64,000 nucleotides of DNA from Convolutriloba macropyga (Eukaryota). Positions within the stretch are counted from its first letter, which is position 1. Each line of letters opens with the position of its first letter. Positions 25,762 to 38,156 of the stretch are shown piece after piece. The position numbers were made by a program, and so were the translations under genes. The notes below the pieces were generated by a model. It saw only the letters and a list, made by a program, of their open reading frames with translations. It made no database searches and was not told the DNA's origin. Where the stretch lies: NCBI RefSeq assembly GCF_964194025.1, contig NC_134471.1:70680001-70744000 (forward strand). The letters are read 5' to 3'.

Positions 25762-27099
25762 GTAAGTTGGGATTATTATTAACTTGGTTTTAAGTTGCAA
25801 ATTTAAGCTTGAATGAAAACAAAGCGATATGGCTATTAATTTACTCTTAATTTAAAAAACTATATAGCCATTAAGGAATCAAGTTAATAAAAAGACTCAG
25901 CCACATAAACCTCAAGGCAGCTCAACTTTAAACCCAGCATTGGGACACTGGCGTCCCCGTGTCAGAGCAGTACGTACCTCGGGTGACTACGATTTATGTT
26001 CGAATAGATATACTTAGACAATTACCGGTGCATGCACTTCATCTCAATCATCTGAATGCCTTCATGCAATTTTTACACTGTTTTTTCCTTCCTATTTTGA
26101 CTGGATGCGTGCTATTTTGACGCACAGTCTGATTGCTGAATCATGCATTCACTGTGCGTGATCACGCTAGCTCGGTGTTTTGAGATCTAAAATTTTTATA
26201 GTTGAGCTGATTATCCGACTGCTCATTTTTTTTACCACAGGTGAATTTGTACCGCATTTTTCATCAGATGTTTAATATGTTCAAGCAGCCTTTTAGCTAA
26301 AATTGAAAATGACTAAAATTGACGTTTATTCGTTTATTGTTAAATTTTTTTGTTCTCTCCGGTTTTTGTCAACAATTTTTGGATTTGGACTTAAAGAAAT
26401 AACGCCCTCTACAGTTGATTTGAATGAGCAGATTTGGCTATTTGGAATTATGCATTTTTTAAGAAAAAGCTTTTTATCAGCCTCCAGATGTTGTATGTAG
26501 TTGACAGTTCAATTGTTTCTTAGGGTTTAGTTTTCAAACTTAGAAAAAGTTTGTTCCTAATGTCATTGTTTGCTCTCGCCTTTTGCTATTCTGGCAATAC
26601 TTTCTAACGGTTTTAGTGTGTGAATCCATTTTCAGCTTTTTTTGCAGCCAAAGTCTAATGATGCTAACGAATTTCTATTAAAAATGGAATTTTTAATTGT
26701 TTCCAATATACTGTTTTTTTTTGCTTTTTGTCCCGAGCTTCTGTTTATCTTATGATCAAAAGCAAAGTCATTATTGAGCAAAATTTATTTGACTTAATCA
26801 TTTAAATTGATTGAATGAAATTGGTTTTCAGAAGCCTAGTAAATGTTGTGCACTCAGCACAAACTCATCCCTCAGTTCCAGCAGGTCATCAATATGCTTC
26901 AAAGAAGCCTAGTCTAGTGATGCCTTTAAGCAGTTTAAAGGCACTTGGCCAGAAATCCTTAAACAAAATTGCGCTCTTTGGCAAAAAAATGGATTTAAAA
27001 AACCAATAAAATTTCAAAAAAATAAAGGTTCAGTAAATTTTTGGAAGTAGTTCAGCATTGCCATGAATGGAACATTAGACGCACAAAAATAAAATTTGC

Positions 27100-27832
27100 C
27101 AATTTGTTTCTATTTATTGCTTTTATACTTGTTGTAAAGTTGAGATTGTAGTTGAGCATGATGAGCAAATTCCTTACCCTTACACCAATAGATTTAGAAC
27201 TACAGCTAGTTGCGTCATTGGGTTGTTTCGATGGATCTACATGTACTTCTCGCTTTTCGTACCTTCTCAAGATCAACTTAAGTTATTATTGATTTAATTT
27301 CCTCCAATGGGCTCTCGTTCCTCAACTATGATTAATAACGTTAAGATTTCTTTCAATTTCAGTTCCTTTACAGCTTAGATCTGATTGCCTTCTCTCACAG
27401 TACGAATTGAAGCGTATTTTCTCAAACCGCATATACTTCTAACCAAATGACACAGTTTAGATTCCAGGGGCTCTTGGGCTGTTTTGCTTGCCGTTGCATA
27501 CAAAAGTTCAGCAATTTTTTGAGCAATAGTGAAGCGATTAAGTATTGAGAATCGGTAATTTTATAATGGTTATCAATAAAAAGGAACTTTGCATAAGGTT
27601 TTGGTTTAATAATTTCCTCATTTTTCACAGGGTGAACAGTAAAGCTTCCACTATTTCTTTTTACAATTTTTTGTCTTGGATTTTTAATTTTACCAACCGA
27701 CAACGTAGTTTACGCGTTCTTGATAATGTATACTACTGTTCATTTTGTTTTGCAGAACTCTTTCATCGGCAAATATTATAATCCAAAGATGATTGAAAAT
27801 TGGGTGATCTCAATTTTGCCAAAAATGAGAAT
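27100..27832 (-). mobile_element. 3' part of a decayed CR1/L2-type LINE (RT C-terminus and 3' end)
   Basis: The minus strand reads LIF.. then IFADERVL (YADD-equivalent), continuing the motif broken at about 33380. AATAAA on the minus strand near 27115. Confidence 0.6.
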
Positions 27833-28195
27833 TCTTGAACGTATATTTTTAATTGTTTGAATATGAAAAAAGTATGCTCACTTGCTGATTTACATCTGTG
27901 TTGTCCAGAAATCAATTCTAACTTCACGTGCAGTACTTACTGATGTTTTCCAGTACTATTCCTTTTTTACATGTAAATTGATAAAACTTGATGTTGACGT
28001 GTGATTGATACCTACGATAAAATGCTAGTAAACATCACATGTCACCGAAAGTTATTTTTATGTAATATAAAAGGGCGCTTATAACTGGGTATATAATTCG
28101 ATCAAGTTTTGGGCCTATTGCCACTGTTGTCAAACATCAATTCTAATTGAATTATTTGACTACACGATTTGTCTCTGTGTTCCCCTTAACCGATA
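27833..28195 (+). repeat. Copia 5' LTR
   Basis: Aligns with 33025-33378 and is followed by the PBS. Confidence 0.85.
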
Positions 28196-28217
28196 GGTTA
28201 TGGGGCCAGAGCTTTTA

Positions 28218-29020
28218 TGAGATAAGTAATCAGCCCGCTCTAAAAATAACACTATGCTGTTTTGTCTCTGCGCTGCTTTAGAGGATTGTTGACGTCAGTT
28301 GGAAAACGAACGAGAGGACAAGACTTGTAGTCAAGCAGTGGTCAAGAGTCAGAAGGAAAGCAAGTGGGACTGAAGCTCCAGTGTGCTCTAATTACGTTGG
28401 AGAACGAGTTTGTGTAGCTGATTGGAGGACTGCTGCTGGTAGAGAACGAGCTTGTGTATCTGATTGGAGACTCTGTTTGGATGGAGGGGGTTCTGTAGCT
28501 GATTAGATGACTCTGTTGGTGGAGAGAGAGCATCTGTAGCCGATTGTGGACTCTGTTTTTGGAGAGGGAGCATCTCTTGCTGCTTGTGGACTCTGTTTGT
28601 GTGGAGGAGATTGTGTATCCAATTTGAGGACTCTGTTTGTGGAGAGGGAGCATCTGTAGCCAATTGTTGGACTCTGTTTGTGGCGAAGCTTGTGTAGCAG
28701 ACTGGGTAACTCTGTTTGTGGACACGGAAGTTGTGTAACTGTGTGTGTGGCTTTGTTTGTGGAAGCTTGTGGGGGTGTTTTGTGTTCGAGTAGATGTTTG
28801 TGTAGCAGAACTTTCTAGGAGGACTTCTCCGGCTTACTTAGTATTGCTGAGAACAGCTCAGTTTAAACAACTGTTTTTTTAGCCTCATTTCTCATTGTGC
28901 TATCCTCACTGTGCTCATAGTGCTATCTTGTTGCATTCTCAATGTGCTAAAAGCATTTTTGGCTAATACAGCGACACACCGATTCGTCGCTTAATAACGA
29001 GGCCACCAACAGGCAACACA
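28218..29020. mobile_element. Putative solo LTR (803 bp) inserted just downstream of the Copia PBS
   Basis: Begins TG (28218), ends CA (29020) and is flanked by ttta on both sides (28214-28217; 29021-29024). Contains an internal tandem array. Confidence 0.5.
28390..28810. repeat. Degenerate tandem repeat with units of about 40 bp (gactctgtttgtggagaggg.gcatctgtagc..att)
   Basis: The ctctgttt motif recurs about every 40 bp. This explains the spurious ORFs 28342-28725 and 28388-28663. Confidence 0.85.
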
Positions 29021-29239
29021 TTTATCTAAACGCTAAAAAAACACTTAGGAGTTTTGCTCTAAGGCCGATTATTTTCAACTCATCCTATAGCAAAAGAGCA
29101 AAATCTTACGTAGAACAGTTTTAGCTTTCGAGTAAACCACAGTAACACAGGGTATATAGGCTAAACGAATAAAGTTTGAGTTATAACTAGGTAAAAAGGA
29201 AAAACTATAAAAAAGAATTTAAAACAGACAGGTAAAAAT

Positions 29240-32200
29240 TGAGTTCGAAGTCAGAGAGAATAATTTTTAGTGGGCGTGAGGATGATTTCCTATATTTTGC
29301 GGAACAGTTTGAAGCTCGTATGCACTCGTTGATATTAGGAAAAAGCTTTAACTGGCGATGCCACGCATGAAGATATGCCTACTGTTAAAAATGGCGCATC
29401 AGAGGAACAAAGAGCACACGCTGTAAAAAAAAAGGAAGAAAAGAACTAGAAGAGAGGAAAGGACTTTATGGTACGAACTTGTTCGAGCTTTAGATAAAAA
29501 GTCAGTTCTGTTTCTGAGACCACATAAAGGTGATGGTACTGAAGCTTGGGATATATTTTGCAAATGGTTGAAGAGTTTCGAGAGACCGCAATTATATAAA
29601 CTAATATCAGAATTAACTAGCCTTAAAAAGAGCTTGAATGAAAGCAGAGTAGACTACTTAACGAGAGCAGACGACATGAATTACAATTTGACACTGGGGA
29701 ACGAAGGCAAGAGCGAGAAAATGTTTATTTCAATAATTGTGAATGGACTACCTAAAGAATACGAGAGCTTCACCACACTCGTAAAATTGAGTAAAAAAGA
29801 GAAGAGTTTAGAAGAAATTCAGCGGGACCTTACCAATTTGGATAATGAGAATGTTCAAAAGAAAAGTGAGAGTATTTTCTACACTAAAGAACGAAAATGC
29901 TTCAAGTGTCAAAAGGTTGGACACATATCTAAGGATTGTCTACTTAAGAAGGCAAATACAGAACAAACAAGGGGGCAACCAATAAAGTGATTTAAATGTG
30001 GCGAGCAGGGTCACATCTCCAAGTTTTTAAGAAACAGAAACCAGAGAAAAAGTTTGTAAGCCAGAGCAGAAAGTTTAATCAAAACAATCAATCGGGGTCT
30101 CAGAGTTTAGTTGAAAAACCAAAAACGGAGTGTGAAGAATACTTCTCATTCTTTCAAACCGCAATCAATAATCCTTCGTGTGAACTAGTGTTAGACTCTG
30201 GAGCAACAAGTCATATGAATAAGGATGAAAGCTTTTTTTTTGGGATTGACAAAGAATATATAGGGACAATAACTAACGCAAATAATTGCAAAAGTTCAAT
30301 TGAAGGACGAGAGACAATTGAGATAAGAACAGAGGATTCAAAAGGGTGCCAGCGGAAATTAAGATTGTCAAATGCAATATTTGTTTCTGATAACTCGAAA
30401 AATTTGGTCTGTGTCGAAACTTAGAGCGGCTGATAATGAGGTTTTGTTCGGCAAGGACTTAGAGATCAGAACTAAAAACGGAACGATTTTCCCATTTGAG
30501 GAACATGACAATCTTTTCCTCTTGAAAACAGTGAATTCAACAGGTACAGAAAACTAACTTAGTCAGTGGAGACCGGCTAAGTTTATGGCACAAATGTCTA
30601 GTACATAATATTGAAGATCTTTTGAAATTAAAGGATCATGCCGTAGGACTCAGAATAAGTAAACTTGACGTAGGGAATTGTGAAATATGTCAATTGAAAA
30701 AGTCAATGAAGCCTCTCGTTCCGAAAGATTCCGGGACAAGAGCTAAAGATGTCTTAGAAATATTCCAAACTGATATTTTAGGGCCAAGTTCCTAAAGACA
30801 AGAGATGATGCAATAGAAAAGGTCCGGCGATTCTTTGCAGATATACGAAAACCAGGAACGTTGGTGTGCAATGGTGCTGGCAAATTCAGTTCGAACGAGA
30901 TGGCAATTATGTATAAAGCAAGGCGTATGACTAGGGTTTTCCGCACCTTATACATCAGAAGACAAAGGCGAAGTTGAACGTAATTGGCGAACAATAACAC
31001 AATGGCGAGATGTCTAATCGAGCAATCAGGACTTGATAAGACATACTGGTCTTGTGCAATAAACATGTCAAGTGACATTAAGAACTTTCGTTACCATTCG
31101 GGGATCAAAAGAATACCATTCGAAGCAATGTATGGGCAAAAGCCGAATTTTGAAGCACTGAAACTTTTTAGTTGTACTGCTTAGGTTCATATTGAGAAAT
31201 CATTCCGAAGGAAAGTAGATCGGACTTCACAAAAAGGTATGTTCTTGGGATCATCAAATAACAGCAAAACATATCTTATAGGACTAAGGGATGAAAAAGG
31301 CACATTTAAAGTTAGTCTAGAAACGTAACTTTAAACGAACAGAAAATGTTCAATAATAACTCGTTGAGTGGAGGTCAAAAACGGTTAGAATAGGAAGCAG
31401 ATCTGAATCCAGTAGCATTCTTAAATGACTTGATAAATTATAATGTGATACCTAAATAAACAGAAGAAGCAATAAAAGACAAAAATTGGTACGAAGCAAT
31501 GAAAATTCATATAATTCAGAGTATAATTCATTAGTTGAAAACAACGTGTGGGAACTTGAAGATAATCAGGAAATCAAACCTATTGATAGCCGTTGGCATT
31601 GTGCTCTGAAGTGGGGGCCTAGCGGAGAAATAGTGAGATATAAAACCAGATTGGTAGCTAAAGGTTTTAGCCAAGTACCAAGCAGAGTCTACAACGAGAC
31701 CTATTCACCGACAACGCGCCTCTCAATTTTCAGGATACTTTTTAGCTATGCACTCTGTAACGGTTCTGAGCTCAAATAAATGGACATTATAACTGCATAC
31801 TTAAATGCTGACATTGGTGAAGAGATCTTTTAGCAGTAACCTGAGGGTTTGAAAAGTTCAATGAGCATAGAAATCTATTAGTCTATAAGCTTAATAAAAG
31901 TTTATATTGAGTGAAACAATCTGGTAGGAATTGGTACCTTTCAATAAAAGTTTTCTTGGGGGTTTGGGTTTTGTTCAATCTGTTCAAGTTGAGTGCCTCT
32001 TTATAAAAAAGACAAAGGAGATATAGAGGGAATGATCTGTCCTTGGGTACATGATATGGTTATGTTAGGAACTCTACAAAAACTTTTGCGAAAACTTCAA
32101 AAGAAGGCAGTGAAAAGTTTAAAGTAAGTAGCTATGGTAACCTGAGTTGGTTCTCAAACATTAAAATAGAATGGATAGAAAACAAAATAATGCTAAGCCA

Positions 32201-33015
32201 AGAGGATTATATAGAATAACTAATAGAGTTTAAAATGAGTGACTGTAGGACACTGGAAAAATGTCTAGATGTTAGTTCAAAACTTTCAAAACTTGATTCA
32301 CCAAAAATAGGAAGCAAAGAATATCAAGATATGCAGTCTTGTGATTATAGGGGAAAAGTAGGATGTTTAAAATATTTAGCGTTGAGTACCAGACCAAATA
32401 TTGCACAAAAAGCTAATTTTTTGAGTTCGTTAGAAGAAATTCCGGGGAACAAGCATCGGAACGCCGCAAAATCTTGCCTACGCTACTTGAAGGGTACAAA
32501 GTCTGAAAAGCTTATATATACATAGGAAGTGTGATCAATTGGATCTAAAAGTTTTTTCGGATTCTGACTGGGCTGGTAACCTAGATAGCAGAAAAAGTAC
32601 GAACGGTTTGTTTCAAGCTTGACAATAGTTCAGGAGCAATTAGCTGGGCTAGTAAGTTACAATAGTGCGTATCAACCTCCACAGCTGAAGCTGAACTGAA
32701 TGCAGTAGAAGAGGCAACAAAGAGGCGGCACACTTAGCAAACCTTTTGAAGGAAAGGAACATAGAAGTTGAAGAACCTTTACAAGTGTTTGTAGATAATC
32801 AAGCATGTAGTGCTCTTAGTAAGATTTCCATGAACCATGGCAAGACTAAGCGCTTTGCGTTGAAAGTGAACTTCATTCGGAACTTAGTCGAGAACAGACT
32901 ATTAGAGCTGAACTACTTGCCTACCGATCGCCTGCCGGCAGATACCCTAACAAAGGCTTTGGGGAGAACAAAAATATCACTTCCGTGATTTTCTCCTAGG
33001 TTCAAACACTTATGA
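29240..33015 (+). pseudogene. Copia gag-pol, disrupted
   Basis: Fragmented ORFs 29568-29990, 29996-30424, 30984-31184, 31486-31779, 32235-32525 and 32746-32988 carry Copia motifs in Copia order. Confidence 0.9.
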
Positions 33016-33024
33016 TAGGAGGGC

Positions 33025-33378
33025 TATTAAATGTATAATATTAATTGTTTGAATATGAAAAAGTATACTCACTTGCTGATTTACATCTTTGTTGAGAAAA
33101 CAGTGCTTATTTCACGTGCAGTTTATATTGATGCTTTCGAGTACTATTCCGTTTTTATATGTGAATTGATAACACTTGGTGTTGACGTTTGATTGATGCC
33201 TTTGATAAAATGCTAGTTAACATCACATGTCACCGAAAGTCATTTGTATGTTATATAAAAGGGCGGTAATAACTGGGTATATAATGCGATCAAGATTTGT
33301 GCCTATTGCCACTTTTGTCACACATCAATTCTAATTGAATTATTTGACTACACGATTTGTGTTTGCGTTCCCTTAAAA
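33025..33378 (+). repeat. Copia 3' LTR
   Basis: Follows the polypurine tract and aligns with the 5' LTR with many substitutions, indicating an old insertion. Confidence 0.85.
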
Positions 33379-33379
33379 A

Positions 33380-36300
33380 GTAGAGGCCCCAGAACTGAAC
33401 CATGCGGCACTCCAACTCCAATTGTTTTCCTTGATGATAGTTGAATACGCATTCTAAATCTGTGACTTTTGTTCGATAGATAAGAAGACATGAGTTATTG
33501 TATCGGCCCTCGGAAGCCCAGATCAAGAAGTAAGTTAACCAGGTGTTTATGGTTCACTGTACCAAAAGCTTTTCGTTAACCCGAAGAATGTAGCTCTTTT
33601 TTTGATGAAGTCTTTATTTCACATGTCTTTTGTTTTTAATACGTTAGCTGGACTAGAGTGCTACCTGTGAACATTTTTCTTATGAAGCCTTACTGTTTTT
33701 GAAACAGAACATTGTTTTTGTTGTGAAAACTGCTGTATTTGAACGAATAAGATTTTTTCAATTGTGTTGCTGATTGTAGGTAGGATAAAAATATGCCTAA
33801 ATTTGTTCGGATCAACAAAGTGTTCCAATTTATGGAGGGGAATAACTATTGCCTCTTTCAAACATTCTGGGAATACGCGCTTCTTGTTGTAGTCATCAAA
33901 TGGTACTGTTTCTACAGGAACAAGCACAAATTTAGTCTTTGACAGTGAAAATGTTCACACAGTGATGATCTTGTGAAAACATAATACCAATTTGTTTTTT
34001 TTTGTTCTATTCGATCTCATTATTTGTTTTTGACTTTGAAAGTAGGCGTCATTTTAGATGCAACTGCAAAAAAATTATCGAACAATCCGACACAGCTTAT
34101 TGCCTTATGGAAGCTTCCATTTTTTTTGTGTTGGAATTAAATTTTCTTTGATAAAAATTGCGTAACTTTTTCCATTTAGTTTTTGCAACTTGTTTTTTTC
34201 TATTGTACTTTAGTTTACTTCATGCAGTTTTGTCTCGTAAGCAAGTTTGATAGAGGTTATTTGTCAGTGAAGCTAAATTTCTGAACTTCGTTATCCACCC
34301 AAACTTGTTAGACGTTAACTTGTTTGGATACTTTTGTTGGAATAAACTGATTCTGGTAGCGTCCACGAGCCCATGAAACTTCATAAAATCTGCTTTTAAA
34401 TAATCATCGCCGTAGCGCTTTTTAAGAACTCAGCCAAAAACCTAACTTAGCTTGAAATCCATGTTTGGCAAAATTGAGGAATAATTAATTTTTTTCCAGA
34501 GTCTCGCAGTAAAGGGTTGATCTGTATCTAATTGTAGTTTGCAAGGAATTAAATCCGTGTAATGTTGAATCAGTAGTCTTGATGGTAGAGGTCTCAATTT
34601 CATATGTTAATACGCTACATCAATACTGCTTTTATGGGTGGTTTCCCTTGTGCTGCAAATTTTATGACAGTTACGGAAGTCAAACTCGTAGGGAACGTTT
34701 TTTTTAAGCTATTAATTGTCACCATGGTTTCCTTATGTCGATATTCAGATCACCACATAGGAAATGGATATCGCCAGGTTTTTTCAACATCTTCGAGATA
34801 GTCTTGAAATACTTCTGTAAAATTTTTTTAGGATGCAATTGGTTTCATTTACGTGTCTGTGATTAAAACACTCTTTTTGTGACTTTTAGTTATACCGAAA
34901 AAAAATCTGACAGAAATTATTTTGTATGTAGACACTTCATGCCTTCTAATTTTTTTTGAAAATTGGTTGCAACTCCTTTCGTTTCTGTTACATGCAATTA
35001 GTTTCTGATCGCCATGTTTTTCAAAACAGTGTGTGTCGCAATGTCATTGAGCCATGTTTCAGTGAAACATATTTAAATAGGTTTAATGTCTAATGCTGAT
35101 TGATACTCGTGCAACCAGTTCATCAATTTTTTTTACGTATTGATCTAATATTTTGATGATTTATTGTTTCATTTGCGCTCATAATTATGTTTTTGGACAT
35201 CAAGACAATGATTCTGTTGTTTTACCTGTTCTCTTGGTTTTGCGAATTAAACATGGTCAAAAACTCCTCATTTTGCCTATTAGAATCCCAACCAAAACAA
35301 AACTGTTTATTGACAGAACAGACATAACAAACTAACTTTTTTCTTTCCCGAAATTTATTTGCGAGTCTTTCAAGGAAAGGGGTTTCATGAGGATTTTCTA
35401 TCAAAGTTAGCAGTTCTATATTCAATAATTGGTTTTGGATTCTGAAGGTATTAGTGCGCTTAGTCTCATTGGAATCTTGTTACTATTTCTCTGTTAAATG
35501 TTTCAGCGGTTGATGAGATTGGTGCGAAGTTTACTGGATTAGTGCCTAATGCTTTCGTTTTTGGTTGGTACTGTTGATGGAGGTGCCGACGCTACATTCA
35601 TGAGTTCATCCGGCTGTGTCTTGTTTTTGTTCCTCACAGAAATGCTTTTGTTCCGCTAGTAATCTGAGTGGGAAAAGAGACGTATTGAGAAATTTTAACC
35701 CTTAATTGTTTCTGATTCATGTATTGCGTTTCGAGTAGCTTTTGACGCCCAGAAGATTTTTTAACGGAATTTTGCCTTGCTGTGTTAGTTTGGCCTATTT
35801 TTGCTTCAACTGTTTTAATTGGAGATACAGATTGGTATCATTTGTCGTTTTTTTCTGTCTGTTAAAATTTGAAGTTTTTTTCGTCAACATTTTTGTGGAA
35901 AAACTTTGATCTTTGTGCTTTTTGGCTAATAGATCGAATGTGTTGTATCTGAATGATATCTGGGATGCGTTTGTTTTCCTGTTTCTGTTTGAAACAATTT
36001 AAGTTTCAGCCTTTTTTTCGTACAATTTGTCTTGAAATTTATTTTTCGTTTGGCTTGTTGATTTTCATGTTAGTAACTTTAGCTTTGATTGACTTTTGCT
36101 TCTCACTTACGGTATTCAAACGCATAGTTTTTTTCTCGATATCTCAAGCAACGGTTTGAAGTGCATTTGCACGATTAAATTTTCATCATCCGTGGCTTAG
36201 TTGACTTAATAAAATGACCTCCACACCTTGTAGCTTATTTTTGTTTAAAATTAGTTTGACCGAAGAAAATCATTTGTATAATAAACGTCACTGTTAGAAA
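33380..36300 (-). mobile_element. 5' part of a decayed CR1/L2-type LINE (ORF1 remnant, APE endonuclease, RT N-terminal half)
   Basis: Minus strand: ISETWLND-like APE motif (about 35050-35075), VFPECLKEAIVIPLHK...ILPTISNTIEKIL (33661-33927) and GVPHGSVLGPLLF (about 33375-33415). The 5' boundary is approximate. Confidence 0.75.
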
Positions 36301-36674
36301 GACTGTGGAATTAAATCAAAGAAAAAAATAGCATTTTAGCTGTCGATGAATTCAACTCGGTTCCTTATCTATTTCTAGCTAATTGCTTCGGCAGCAATTC
36401 TATTTGGCAGCTATATTCGGTAGTCTGCTGGCTATGTCTATACAACATTAACGAAGAAAGAAGCAATCTGGTTAGGCTGAAACAATCTGGTCTTGTTGTT
36501 TTGGAGAATATGGTCTAATCTAAATCTTTTTTCGTGAAATGTTGGTCGAACTAGTTGCCTAGTTTATTTTTATTTTTCAAATCCCAGAGCCTTACGTTGA
36601 TTCGAATTTCCTTGTGCCAAATATGTATTTGAGAACTTCAGATCATTTGGCATCGTATTTGGCTGTCCGTTTAG

Positions 36675-37108
36675 GTAACGGAAGGTCCAATCCAGCGCCA
36701 GGAATTGGACTTTACTGGGGGAATCATCACCCGTTAAACATCATCCGATCTGGAGATCTTCGGTCCACGAATAATGGAGCAGAACTGGAAGCCGTTATTC
36801 TGGCTCTGAAGACTGCTCTAGCGAACAACGAAATCCAAAATTTGATAATCAGAACGGATTCCCTTTTGACCGTAAATAGCGCTACCAAATGGATTCGGAA
36901 ATGGAGGCGAAACGATTGGCGAAGTTACAATGGCTCCCCTGTCAAAAACCAGAGTCTTTTGAAGACAATAGATGATCTGCTTTATGACGCACGATGCTGC
37001 AATATTGATGTTCAATTCGTTCACATCCCAGGCCATAAAGGAGAGTATGGCAACGAAATGGCGAATAAATTTGCACAGTGGGGCGCTAAAAAATTTCGAC
37101 ACTGTTAA
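36675..37108 (+). CDS. Coding exon 3 of the fusion gene: eukaryotic RNase H1-type catalytic domain
   Basis: Acceptor ccgtttag (36674). NGRSNPAPGIGLYWGNHHPLNI, TNNGAELEA, IRTDS, KWIRKWRRNDWRSYNGSPVKN and HIPGHKGEYGNEMANKFA match RNase H1 motifs. Confidence 0.9.
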
Positions 37109-38156
37109 CAGAGCAGATTACGAGCAACTGCCTGGTGTTATAAGTATGGCTCCAGATACATAAAAAACTGACTTTATTTTGAGCCGAGTACAGATCAATT
37201 GAAATGTGCTCAAGATTAGTGCAGTGTTTGTAATTATTTGAGTAAAGTATTTTATTACATTTTTAGTAATATATTTTTAGTAATATATTTATAAATATAA
37301 AACATATATTTTAGTAAAATAATTTATTACTTTATAAATTTTAAAAATGCTGTCTATTTGCGCTGAAAAATTTTGCGTATCATTCATAACGATTAGAAAC
37401 TTTTTGTCCTTTGTTTTTAACAACTATTTGAAATGAGTACTGACCAATTAGCCGACTAAAAGTTTCTTGTATGGACTTTCTTCATACATTCAATAAATTC
37501 TTATTATTTTGTAACTATAATAGTTGGGGTTCAGGGGTATTTTCGGGCTGACAAATTTTTGATTTAATTTTTAGGTGAGCAATATGCGGCTTTTAGAAAA
37601 CGGTGGCCATTTAGAAAATAGGCGACAGATATTACAAAGAGTTGATAGATTTTTTTAAGACATATACATGAGATGTATATCAAAGATGGTTGTTCAAATT
37701 CGAAAAATGAACATAAAAAGAGTTGAAATGGAGCTATTTGGAAAGGCCGCTAACCTTAAAATGATTATAATTATGCTCAATTTCATCTTTTATCAGTTTT
37801 TGAAACTTCGTTTTTATCAAATTTATGGTTCAGACTTTGAATGATCGCTAGAAGTCTTAATGAAAACTTTTTTTCGTCTGCATAGGGCCTAGAACGTTTT
37901 CCATCTTAACTTGGAGAGCATGTGATGTCCTTCAATTCAATTTTACAGCGCAGCTTTTGGATTTTTTTCGGCAAGTAAGCTTCCAAGTGCCTCTGAGATG
38001 CCAAAAATGCTGCTTTGATTGTACTTTTAAATGAATACTTTGAGATTACCGGCTTTTTTGTATGCATTTTTTGCTCATGATCTTTGTCAGCTTCTTTCAG
38101 AGAGAACCGTTAATTGCTATAAGTATTAAGCTATTGAAATTATTTTTTTGAAATTG

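Larger units (their letters stand above)
27833..33378 (+). mobile_element. Full-length but decayed Ty1/Copia LTR retrotransposon
   Basis: Similar LTRs of about 360 bp at about 27833-28195 and 33025-33378. Copia-type PBS ggttatggggccag at 28196 and PPT gataggagggc at 33014. Domain order: gag (CFKCQKVGHISKDC), protease (LVLDSGATSHM), integrase, RT (RYKTRLVAKGFSQ, YNETYSPT), RNase H (DNQA, ADTLTKAL). Many stops and frameshifts. Confidence 0.93.

Noticed and set aside
26241-26275. Strong acceptor-like ttttttttaccacag in the RNase H intron
   Set aside because: It would give a stop after about 11 codons; without transcript data it cannot be told from a cryptic site.
28342-28725. Two overlapping repetitive minus-strand ORFs
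   Set aside because: Artefacts of the roughly 40-bp tandem repeat in the putative solo LTR.
27828-33385. Target-site duplication of the Copia element
   Set aside because: The ends are too mutated to identify a convincing 5-bp duplication, so the LTR boundaries are approximate.
36614-36674. ORF-track N-terminus MPNMYLRT... of the RNase H ORF
   Set aside because: Intronic read-through: it lacks the first catalytic Asp, which is supplied by exon 25613-25761.
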